A stretch of DNA of 58,403 nucleotides, filler included, from Sphacelaria rigidula (Eukaryota): the NCBI GenBank assembly GCA_964200075.2. It is 8 parts of 8 records of this genome, joined end to end, with 100 filler letters (N's around TTAATTAATTAA, not from the genome) between each part and the next. Parts side by side here need not be neighbours in the genome. Positions count along the whole stretch, not along the records: positions 36,567 to 43,779 come from CAXNAA020015940.1; positions 43,880 to 51,091 come from CAXNAA020015941.1; 6 more parts are not named here. The stretch is one strand, 5' to 3'. The first letter of the stretch is position 1; every line of letters begins with the position of its first letter. Below, in pieces: positions 37,305-47,742 of this stretch. The notes below the pieces were generated by a model that was not told where the DNA came from, did not search any database, and worked only from the letters and a program-made list of their open reading frames with translations. The position numbers were made by a program, and so were the translations under genes.

Positions 37305-40300
37305 CTATGGACCTCAGCAGCGGATAAGGGAGGGGGGTTGCCGTGGCACGCGGGAGTGCTGCAGGGAACGGAGAGGTTCATGACCTTATGTAGCACAAAA
37401 ATGAAGAGGAGGCCAGTCGACTGCATGCGATTAGGCGGGAGACGAACGAAGCCCACATAGCACAGCGATGACGACGGTCCAGAGAAGGGGGGTGGGGGGT
37501 CAACCCCCCCAATGAGGGGTGTCGTTATGTCGTGCAGTGCTTGTCTTGATACACCTCGTATGCTTGTACGTATGGCTGTCCCTTGAGACGTCGAAAGATG
37601 GAACCTTGCGATTCTTATTTCTTTGGTTGGTGGTATTTGGAACCTTGAGTCTCGCCCGTAGTCGGACCCTATGTTCACTTCTACTTGGCCTCGCGCGTCG
37701 AGTTGGAAAGCCGGGTGCCACCCCCTGAAGTCCGAATGGCCACCTGCGTCACCAGATCTCCTGAGGTCAGCCATATATACTCTCTTTGTTCTTTATCAAT
37801 CTCTGTTTTACTTGTATCGCGTTTGGTGAGTTTTAATCTAGGTTTATTTTGTGTTTTGTTTGGTTTTGTTTGGTTTTGTTTGATTCCCCATACCTTATTA
37901 TAGGTAGCTAGCCTGTGACCATGGCAGGCGTCCGCATCAGATGCCCAGTACGAATGTACCGCGCAGATATCGGAACGGTTTTTAAGGTGAAGACAACTTC
38001 AACAACTTGGCGTAATTGAGTCAGACTTCGTTGAGGAAATACTGTAGCTTTGGAGACATACTACAGCTGTGTATCAACATCATTGCGGTTTAGTTCTCTG
38101 TTCACTTACTGGCGTCTTCATTTGTGTGGTAGTGGAAGAACCATGACACTAAACTGGGCGGAACACTGTCTTTTGTGGGGTCCTTGGAAGAAGGGTGCCT
38201 ACATCAGCACGGATACCTTGCGCTATAGACCAGCCCCAGCGCATTTGGCAGCCGAATGGTAAAGGATGTATATTACTACGGAGGGGGGAACCGTTTCTTG
38301 CACAACATGCATCCTGCCAAGGTAACACCCGACGAAGTTGACACCGTGCGTTCCTAGTGCAGTACAATAGTACTGCTGTAGCTGGCTGCAGCACTGACCG
38401 GACTGACCGCACGAATCGAACCATGCCTCGGCAGGGATACAGTGTAATTCCTGCGATCTGTGACGATCCGTGAAAAAAATCAATTTGTAACCTGCACTAT
38501 TATCCTATTCTGGAACCAAGTGAAATAAAAACTCCCCCAAGGGCGATCTCGCGCCTGTCAGTGAAAGCAGGTCAGTATCTTTATGTGAGAGCAAGCCCCG
38601 TGTGAATATCCGGTTGATTCTGATAGAAAAAAATTTAAGTCTGGCACTGCTAGGGAGGAGACGTTGCCCCTGGCACAACAGGTCGCAGTGGTCCTCAACT
38701 GAATACCCTCTTCGTCTTGACTACGCTGTGCGCCCATGTCTTTGCTCGACACGGCACATAAAACCCAAGGACACCTGCCTCTCACATACTGTATGGAGAA
38801 CCTTCACTGGCGGTTATTTCCCGCCTTGGTGTAAACCTCGACCAACAGGGGGTCTAGGTGAAAAACATGACGCGGGTGAGATCATACCCCTACCTCCACC
38901 CGGATTTTTGTCATTAGAAAGTGTTCTAGTTGACTGAACCACCCCAGCATCTTGCATGCAGTAGCCACCCTCCAAAGCCACGCTGCGCACAGAACGCCTT
39001 GGGCCGCTGAAACTGCTGCGTCAACACCTACCTGCGGATTCAAGCGGCACATACGTCGAATTTCACCATTATCAGACGCCAGGTATGTTATGTTGGTGCA
39101 CCTAATCTTCAAATGCACAGCCTTCATATCGTTGAAAGGAACTTCACGAGATTCGAAAATGTATAAGTCAGCACAGCACTGTTGTCTGTTCAACAACAGT
39201 ACAGTGATGAGTCTATATGTTGTACGTTACCCTGAGGCACTGTGCTGTACCGTACCGTACACGACACTACACTTGAATACACTTGCACTATAAGGCACTG
39301 CACTACGGTGCACTACAAGACACTGCAGTGCTGTGCAGTGTACAGTAGAGACAGCGCAGACAGTACAATGGTGCACTACAGGCTACCGTAGTGCTGTGCA
39401 GTATACTACAGTAGGGACAGTTCAGTACAGTCAACAACAGTACATTCCGGTACCGTGAAGTGCAGCGATACCGGACAGATAGACTGTGCGGCGGCACTTC
39501 CAAAGGACACATAGCCGCATTGCGATGATTTTGCAACATGCCACTCATAACGGCGCAAGATGCCATGACCTCTAACGGAATAGCAATGCAGCCAGGTGAA
39601 GCACTGCCTGCGCGCCGTAGACTACAAATCGCTCACACCGTCTTCTCCCAGCTGAGGCTGGCATAAGTGAGGAGCTGTACCCAACGCTTCTTAGATTCCA
39701 TGCAACACAACGAAGCGAATACTGGTACCATGATGGCAGCAGGGAGACCTTGTGGCTGGTCCTGTTTGGTGAGCATGACAGTTGTGATGGATATCCCGCT
39801 TGCTTGGTAGGGTATATTGATTGTCAACTGGCTGTGACAGTGTTGGTGGGGTTGGGGGTGGTTTGTTTCGTTTCGCTGTGAAGTTTGAAGAGGCACATCG
39901 GTTTTCAGAGCGGAGTGCTCCAAACAGGACCCTGAAAAGTCTACTCTGAATTTTTTTCATGGTGGAACGTTTGAACGTCTACTGCTACTGTACCGTTTCC
40001 CCCCCCCTCCCGCTCTTACTTTGAAATGCGGGGAAAACATTTCCGAAACTCTCTAAATGAAAGCACTACTCGCACGAGTACTGTATTTATATCTATATAT
40101 TATAATCTTTAGTGCCGTTCCTGACCGGTTGTGTACGTGTGCTCTGCGCGTCCCACACAAATATTTGTTTCTCATTGGATTCCGACAAAAATTGAGAAAG
40201 GCCGCTCGCAAAGTGCACAGCTGATGAGCAGCTGCGGCTCCAGCTGTGTGGTTTTGGTCTGCGGGAGGAATGTGTTCCTGAAGTTCACTCCTGATTGTGT

Positions 40301-40523
40301 TGGGTTGTGTGGCATGCCTGGGCATGATCCCCTGTCAACCGGACATCAGGCACGATCTATGCGATGTGCAGGTGGGCGTATGCACATGAGATCGTGCAGG
40401 TCGCAAACGCCCCCAAAGCCAAATCCACGACGAACCCAATTTTAAATATCGCTTGAATGAAATAACGGTCGTACTCCACAGGAGTTCACAGCAGGGCAAG
40501 AACTACCGCGAACGTAAGCGGCG

Positions 40524-40763
40524 ATGAGCTCTCCGCCCGATACTATCGAGAATCATAACAGAGGGGACGATCGTGATAATGCGGCAAGTCATGACGCTGT
40601 GGATGATGTGGGTGGTGATGGGGGGGGCGTCGTTGTTGGCGATGTCAGGGAGGCCGGTCGATCGGGGTGTCGCGCAAGAGCAACCAGTGCAGGGGTTGGC
40701 GGCGGCGGCGGTGCGGCGGCGACTCCGGAGAGCGTGGGTGATTCTGCGGCGATGAACGAGACG
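40524..40763 (+). CDS. Possible first exon of an unknown protein gene
   Basis: gcggcgATG start, GC-rich Gly/Ala/Asp-rich frame ending at a consensus donor ACG|GTGAGT; no downstream exon identified. Confidence 0.3.
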
Positions 40764-40912
40764 GTGAGTGTGTTGATTAGAAAGGATTTTGCCTTGCTAT
40801 ACGAGGTATTTTTGTTCCACAGAATAGGTTCTCCCTCTGTCCGGTCGCTATGGTAGATGCGACCGCGATCACTCCAGTTTCAAAATTGACCATTTGGGGG
40901 ACTCTTTGAGCG

Positions 40913-41014
40913 TTTCGGTACATTATTTCGGCTAACGGTCAGGTTGGATATGTGCAATCAGGATTTCGGTACATTATTTCGGCTAACGGTCAGGTTGGAT
41001 ATGTGCAATCAGGA
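40913..41014. repeat. Perfect 51-bp tandem duplication
   Basis: tttcggtacattatttcggctaacggtcaggttggatatgtgcaatcagga x2. Confidence 0.9.
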
Positions 41015-41284
41015 TCATGAAACTACGTTCTATACTGCAAGGAATCAACACGGTGCAATACACAGCACAAGCTGTCTGTACTGTCTGCATACAAACGCAT
41101 GTGAGTAAGATATGTAAAAGTTGCGCTCCAGGGGTCCAGCGTCTCAGTGTTATCCCTTTCCGATGATATGGGGGTATGTGTTGTGTGTGTTGTTATCCCA
41201 TCGATTCTGGACGCCAGTCTACACCTTTTGGTGTATGTGGGCGCATCAGCCGGGGTCACACAGAAGGAAGGTCAACCAAGGAGC

Positions 41285-41536
41285 TTTTTCTTTTTCATTC
41301 GGTCTTAGTACCCCACCTTCCTTCTGCGGTGCTTGCCTTCTTGTTTTATCGCGAGAGGGATTCAGCAGTCTCTTCCCCTCGTCGACCGTCAAGTCAAATT
41401 TTGTGCACCCACGACATAGTCGCTCTCCACTGTTGGGCATGGTGCGAGAAAAAATCCTAGATCACTCCGAGAATCGAACCCACGACCCAACCGTCAGCAG
41501 GATTCGAGGTTACCAACTGAGCCACCGGGGCAACCG
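41285..41536 (-). mobile_element. tRNA-derived SINE
   Basis: Minus strand has A-box GTGGCTCAGTTGG and B-box GGTTCGATTCTC at tRNA spacing, then ~170 bp of unrelated body and an A-rich tail (gaaaaagaaaaag). Confidence 0.75.
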
Positions 41537-41954
41537 TTTATGTGGTTGGGAAAGGTGTACGTCCTAGTAGACAGAGTCATGTTCCGCAGTTTTAAATTAT
41601 CTTGTGCTCAGAGAGGTCATCGTGGGAAGAGGGATGGGCACTGTCAGCATCAACAACTGGCTTCATGGGCCACCCCCCACGGTGGAGAAAGCCGTATCAC
41701 GCACGAGATCCGTCACAGCACATATTGCAAGCGATTTATCATTAAAATATGTATGTATATCCAAGATCAGGGCGAAGGTAGTGCAGGGTTCCCTAGATGC
41801 GGGCCCCACCGTGTGCGCATCGGTCTTGAAACACATACATATATCATACTGCTTGCTGTCTGTGCTTGACACTCTTACCAACCGTAGTAGTGACGCCTTG
41901 GGCGGTACTACCTGCTCACTGCACAACGGCAGGGTGTAAAGTGACATACAGGCT

Positions 41955-43300
41955 GGTTCACGGAAAAAAAAAAACACTCATCGGCAAAGCTTCACGCCAT
42001 TTGAAGGAGTTGGACCCTGAAATTTTGCACAGGTGTCCTATGGATCATTGGGTCATTACGCAACTTCGTATGGACGAGGTTTTTTTACTTGTTAACGTTT
42101 TCACCGTTTTTCCGGGGTCCCAGTTTTTCGGGAAAACTTCGATCCAGTTGAACCGCGTAAAACGGTAAAAAACAAAAAAAAATAACAAAAACATAGTCCA
42201 TAAAGAGTTGCGTAATGACCCATAGCACACCTGTGCAAAATTCCAGCGTCTAACCCCTTGAAACGGCGTGACGTTTTTCGTGTTTGTGCGATGAACCTTG
42301 CCGTGCCACGGTGAAACAGCAAACTACTAGATTTTAGTATGAAAATGGCGTTTTTGGGCCTTTTTCGACGTGAACATGAAATTCTAGCACCAGTTAATCG
42401 AGTTTGGCCACGAAAAATTGTGGGGTCCCTCCTTGGGTTTTGCGGTGACAGAGCGTTCGCGAAGAAAATGAAAAGAAGACTGTAGTGCCGGTTTTCCCGG
42501 GACCCGGAATGGATGACTTTGGAAAAACGACTTGGATCCCGTCAGACCCCCGAAAAACGGCAAAAAATCAAGAATTAGAAGAACCTCGTTGATCAAAACT
42601 TGCGTAATGGTTCATAGCACATTTTTGTAAAGTTTCAGGGTCTAACTCCTAATAAATGCGTGAATATTTGCGCGTTTGCGCGAGGATGTGAGCTTTGAAC
42701 GTGCACATGCCTAACTACTTGGTTTAGGTATGAAAACATTTTTTATGGTAATTTTACGTCAAGGCAGGAAATATCGTATGAGATTTTCGATTTTCTCCAC
42801 CAAACTTCGTACATGTGTTCCTTGGACCATCCTGAGACGCATCATGTTGTTATTTTTCCTTTTGAGTCATTCTGTACCGCCTTCCGGGGGGTCTTTGTAC
42901 TGGGACCCCCGGAAGCCGGTAGAGAACGGAGAAAAACACTTGCCAAGAACACAATTTTTCCATTTGGAGCATCAATATCTATAAAACTGCCAAGTTTGGG
43001 GATGATCTGAGCTTTCTACATAAGATATAAGGGAAATCGTCACGAGGCTCCCTGAGTCTTTCCTGCGTACGAGTATCATGAGGGGAAATTAGACGACGCC
43101 AAACTCCACATCACCGGAACATTACGGATTCAGGTATAACCCCGTTGGAACCGTTTTCAAATCCGTTTCTCTCGTAAGATTCTTGAGGTGATGACGGTCA
43201 CTACGATTCGAAGCATGTGGGGATTCCGTGGAAATTGAGCTTGGGATTCGTATTTTCAATTTCGGAACAGTTTGAAAGGCGCTGATTGGTCGAGACAGAT
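41955..43300. repeat. Composite repeat with inverted arms (41955-42090 / 42185-42298) and a third arm copy (~42595-42685)
   Basis: ttcacgcc.tttgaagg.gtt.gac.ctg.aattttgcacaggtgt pairs with acacctgtgcaaaattccagcgtctaaccccttgaaacggcgtga. Confidence 0.65.
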
Positions 43301-44823
43301 TTTTGTCCAAAGCGCCACCACTATAGCCTTGAAAAAAATCCCCGCCTATGTCACCCTCTCCGTGTTTTCAATGCGGTCAGTATGATACCATGCATGCGAC
43401 TACAACAGTTGCGGCCCGTAGATAAACGTCAATTTGGGGTTGAGGCTCAAAGTCTTATTTCGGGCGCAAACATCAGCATAAGTTGTGTTTTTTCTTATAT
43501 TGAGTTTTCTTATATATCTGGCCGACCGGATCCTGTTGATTTTCTCGAATTGTCGTTTCCTTATATCCTCGATGTGCTGCCTCCGCCACCTCCTCGCTGC
43601 ATGCAAATTACCCAACGAAAAACACCCCCGCAGGTCTGCAGTGTCTAACTGGCGCTACCCAAAATCGAGAACGTATGCCGCTCCTACAAAAAGTACAATA
43701 TAGCAGGGGTGTACTGATGATCATGCATGACATAGTCATGAGACCATTGACCTCGCATCCCTACAAAAGCCGGGACGGANNNNNNNNNNNNNNNNNNNNN
43801 NNNNNNNNNNNNNNNNNNNNNNNTTAATTAATTAANNNNNNNNNNNNNNNNNNNNNNNNNNNNNNNNNNNNNNNNNNNNCCTGGACAACCCATCCCCACA
43901 AGGCCGGGAGGGGGGCCCCCGGGTTTTCGCGGGCCCAGGCCCGTTGAATGGGGGGGGGGGGGGGGGGGGGGTCATTTTCCCCAAGAACTGGCCTCGGCGG
44001 AACAGGAGCCAAATGGGTGTTCGATAATACATTGCTCCAATATTCCTGCTTTGACTATAAAGCCTCAGTCGTTATTCCACTTCTGGGGTTTCACATGGTC
44101 TACTTACTCCCATATCATTTTCACCACCTGCTCGCCGAGTCAAACGGGAGGGAATTTCGCCAAACGACATTTCGAGTGAATATCACCATGCTTTTACGTG
44201 AGCCTGTCTTGACTCTCCGGCTATCGCAATACTTACACCTCGGTTTACTTGCACAGCTCAGTGCCCACGTCTATCGCTGTACAAACGCACACCTCGCGTT
44301 ACACGTACAATCCAAGTGCCGGCCGATGAAGGCGACATGGAACGGAAATGTGATGTCCCCGCTAGTCCTTTTCTCTCTTCATGTCTTTCGGCCCTGAGTA
44401 ACCAACACACTATGTACAAACGCCTCCACACGTGGAACAGACCGGGGGGTAAGACCACCCATCTCCATGTGCAATATGGGTATGACATCCCTCACCACCA
44501 CTAGATAGATACTCCAAAATATCACCCATACCCCCTGATCCCCCCGCATACGGGCTAAATCAGAAAAATGCGAGCGCCCATGGATGTAAATGATTGCGCC
44601 ATGTTCCTGAAACGAAGCCTCTCTCGTCACCAAGGCGCAAGATATACCACATATTTCTTCCCTCAAGAAAACTCGCAGTGTGACTTCGAAAGCCGGGGCG
44701 GGGTGGCCACGCTGCATTTGAATATCCCACCAGACGCTTCAAGGAAAACTAACGATGAGACACAGATCGGCGTGCGGCGGGCACGTCATGAAGACGCAAA
44801 CTCGTCTTTGTTTTGATGGACAC

Positions 44824-47742
44824 TTACAGAATGGAGGAAAACGGAGGCGAAACTGCGAGCTTCGCCTTCAAGCCTTCCTCTTCCCTATCGAATAGCACTG
44901 AAGCAGCGCCCACAGCAGTGTCTTCTGCCGGAGGGCGTTCACAAACCACCGACGGCGTCCTGCGAATCCGCTTCTTCGTTCTTTCCTCACCACCATCGCT
45001 GGGGTTACTGCTCATCGTGCTGCTCCCACCCTCACCAGAGTAGGCGGCCATGTCAACCCTCCTCTGTAAGCCATGCCCGGGTAGCTCCATGGGGGTAGAC
45101 TCCTCCATTTTCACGTTCATGCACGGCCTCGTCATCCGTGAGCCTTCCTCGGCGGCACCCTCGGTGGTCTGCGACAACGTGTCACCACCGCGTTCTGAAC
45201 TTGCGAGTGGAAGGGGTGCGAGCCAAGCATCACCCGCACCGCCGTTGTCACGGGTGGGATGATTGGGTTGTCCATCCTGGGTAGAACCTTCGTCAACGAT
45301 GTCTTCCAGTTGCCCACGCTTGGTTGCTTCGGACACGGCAGCCACTTTGTGCTTTGCACCATGTTGGCAGAGGGTACCCTGTTCGACGTCATCCCCGCCA
45401 TGCACACGTCGATTCGAGCGGCCCTCGTTGCTGCACTTCTTCCTCACGTCACTATGGACCACCTCTGGCCTATCTTGGGTGGCACATAACTCCGCCTCCC
45501 GGCTTCCCGCCGCATCGTACGATGCTTGCTTGGAGCAGCCTTTGTCGCCGCACTTTTTCCTCAACACATCAACCATCCCCGGCCTGGCGTGGATGGCACA
45601 AAATTCCGGCTTCCGGCTTCCCGCTACACCGTATAATGCCTGCTTGGAGCAGTCTTCGTCGTCGCACCTTTTCTTCACCACATTAATCATCCCCGGCCAG
45701 GCGTGGGTGGCACAAAATTCCGCTTTCCTGCTTCCCGCTACACCGAATGATGGTCGTTTCAAGCAGCCCTTGTTGCAACACTTCTTGTCCGCTACATTGA
45801 CCATCCCCGGCCAGGCATGATCCATGCAGAATCGTCTATCCCTAGTTCCCGCTACACCGAACGATGGTCGTTTCGAGCAGCCCTCGTTGTCACACTTTTG
45901 GTTCACTACACTGACCATCCCCGGCCTGGCATGGTTGGCGCAGAACTGTCTTTCCCTACTCCCCACTATACCATACGATGGGATCTTGAAGCAACCTTCG
46001 TTGCCGCACCTCTTGTTCCTCACATTGACCATCCCCGGCCTGGCGTGGTCGGCACAGAACTCCCGTTTCCGGTTTCCCGTTGCACCATACGATGGGCGTC
46101 TGAAGCAGTCCTTATTGCCGCACTTTTTCCTCACCACATCGACCATCCCCGGCCTGGCGTGGGTGGCACAGAACTCCACCTTCCGACTTCCCGCTAAACC
46201 ACGTGATGCATATTTGGAGCAACCCTCGTCACCGCACTTTTTCCTCGCCACATCGACCATCTCCGCCCTGGCGTGATGAGCACAAAACTCTGCATTCCGG
46301 CTTCCCTCTAGACCGTATGACACTTGCTTGAAGCAGCCCTCATGGCCGCACGTTTTCCTCACTACATCGACCATCCCCGACCTGGCGTGGGTGGCACAAA
46401 ATTCCGGCTTTCGGCTTCCTGCTGTACCATACCATGCTTGTTTGAAGCAGTGTTCGTCGCCGCACTTTTTCTTCACCACATTGACCATCCCGGGCCCGGC
46501 GTGGGTGGCACAAAATTCTGGCGTCCGACTTCCCGCTACACCATATGATGCCTGCTTGGAGCAGCCTTCGTCGTTGCACCTTTTTTTCACCACATCGACC
46601 ATACCCGGCCTGGCGTGGCGGGCACAGAGCTCCGCCTTCCGGCTTCCCGCTACACCATATGATGCCTGCTTGGAGCAGCCTTCGTCGTCGCACCTTTTCT
46701 TCACTACATCGACCATCCCCGGCCAGGCGTGGTCTATACAGAATAGCCTTTCCCTAGTTCCCGCTACACCAAAATATGGTCGTTTGGAGCAGCTCTCGTT
46801 GCCACATTTCTTGTTCTTCATGTCAATCATCCCCGGCCTGGCGTGGGTGGCACAAAACTCCGCCTTCCGGCTCCCTGCTACACCGAACGATGGGTTTTTG
46901 GAGCAACCCTCGTTGCCGCATTTCTTGTTCACAACATCGACCATACCCGGCCTGGCGTGGCTGGCACAGAGCTCCGCCTTCCGGCTTCCTGCTACCCCGT
47001 ACGATGGGTTTTTGGAGCAGCCCTCGTTGCCGCATTTCTTTTTCACTACATCGACCATCCCCGGCTTAGCGTGGCTGGCACAGAGCTCCGCCTTCCGGCT
47101 TCCTGCTACCCCGTACGATGGGTTTTTGGAGCAGCCCTCGTTGCCGCATTTCTTCTTCACTACATCGACCATCCCCGGCCAGGCATGGGTGGCACAGAAC
47201 TCCGCCTTCCGGCTTCCCGCTACACCAAAATATGGTCGTTTGGAGCACCCCTCGTTGCCACACTTCTTGTTCTTTATGTCGACCATTCCCGGCCGGGCGT
47301 GGGTGGCACAAAACTCCGCCTTCCGGCTCCCCACTACACCGAACGATGGGTGTTTGGAGCAACCCTCGTTGCCGCATTTCTTGTTCACAACATCGATCAT
47401 ACCCGGCCTGGCGTGGCTGGCACAGAGCTCCGCCTTCCGGCTTCCTGCTACCCCGTACGATGGGTGTTTGGAGCAGCCCTCGTTGCCGCATTTCTTCTTC
47501 ACTAGATCGACCATCCCCGGCTTAGCGTGGCTGGCACAGAGCTCCGCCTTCCGGGTTCCCGCTACACCATACGATGGTCGTGTGAAGCAGCCCTCATTGC
47601 CGCACTTCTTGCTCGCTACATCGACCATCCCCGGCCAGGCATGGATGGCACAGAACTCCGCCTTCCGGCTTCCCGCTACACCAAAATATGGTCGTTTGGA
47701 GCACCCCTCATTGCCGCACTTCTTGCTGGCTACATGAGCCAT
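44824..47742 (-). CDS. EsV-1-7 cysteine-rich repeat protein (972 aa, single exon, 20 near-complete 38-aa repeats plus an acidic/low-complexity C-terminus)
   Basis: Repeat consensus KKCGNEGCSKxPSYGVAGSRKAEFCATHARPGMVDVVK (C-x4-C-x16-C-x2-H-x4-M) matches the EsV-1-7 motif of Ectocarpus virus EsV-1 and brown algal proteins; intact 2.9-kb ORF. Confidence 0.93.
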   Translation of the reverse strand: MAHVASKKCGNEGCSKRPYFGVAGSRKAEFCAIHAWPGMVDVASKKCGNEGCFTRPSYGVAGTRKAELCASHAKPGMVDLVKKKCGNEGCSKHPSYGVAGSRKAELCASHARPGMIDVVNKKCGNEGCSKHPSFGVVGSRKAEFCATHARPGMVDIKNKKCGNEGCSKRPYFGVAGSRKAEFCATHAWPGMVDVVKKKCGNEGCSKNPSYGVAGSRKAELCASHAKPGMVDVVKKKCGNEGCSKNPSYGVAGSRKAELCASHARPGMVDVVNKKCGNEGCSKNPSFGVAGSRKAEFCATHARPGMIDMKNKKCGNESCSKRPYFGVAGTRERLFCIDHAWPGMVDVVKKRCDDEGCSKQASYGVAGSRKAELCARHARPGMVDVVKKRCNDEGCSKQASYGVAGSRTPEFCATHAGPGMVNVVKKKCGDEHCFKQAWYGTAGSRKPEFCATHARSGMVDVVRKTCGHEGCFKQVSYGLEGSRNAEFCAHHARAEMVDVARKKCGDEGCSKYASRGLAGSRKVEFCATHARPGMVDVVRKKCGNKDCFRRPSYGATGNRKREFCADHARPGMVNVRNKRCGNEGCFKIPSYGIVGSRERQFCANHARPGMVSVVNQKCDNEGCSKRPSFGVAGTRDRRFCMDHAWPGMVNVADKKCCNKGCLKRPSFGVAGSRKAEFCATHAWPGMINVVKKRCDDEDCSKQALYGVAGSRKPEFCAIHARPGMVDVLRKKCGDKGCSKQASYDAAGSREAELCATQDRPEVVHSDVRKKCSNEGRSNRRVHGGDDVEQGTLCQHGAKHKVAAVSEATKRGQLEDIVDEGSTQDGQPNHPTRDNGGAGDAWLAPLPLASSERGGDTLSQTTEGAAEEGSRMTRPCMNVKMEESTPMELPGHGLQRRVDMAAYSGEGGSSTMSSNPSDGGEERTKKRIRRTPSVVCERPPAEDTAVGAASVLFDREEEGLKAKLAVSPPFSSIL

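Noticed and set aside
41460-41536. tRNA gene
   Set aside because: A and B boxes are present, but the acceptor and anticodon stems do not pair well and a body plus A-rich tail follows; better explained as a SINE.
46328-47737. 469-aa + strand ORF and other overlapping ORFs
   Set aside because: Antisense or alternative-frame shadows of the repetitive EsV-1-7 ORF.
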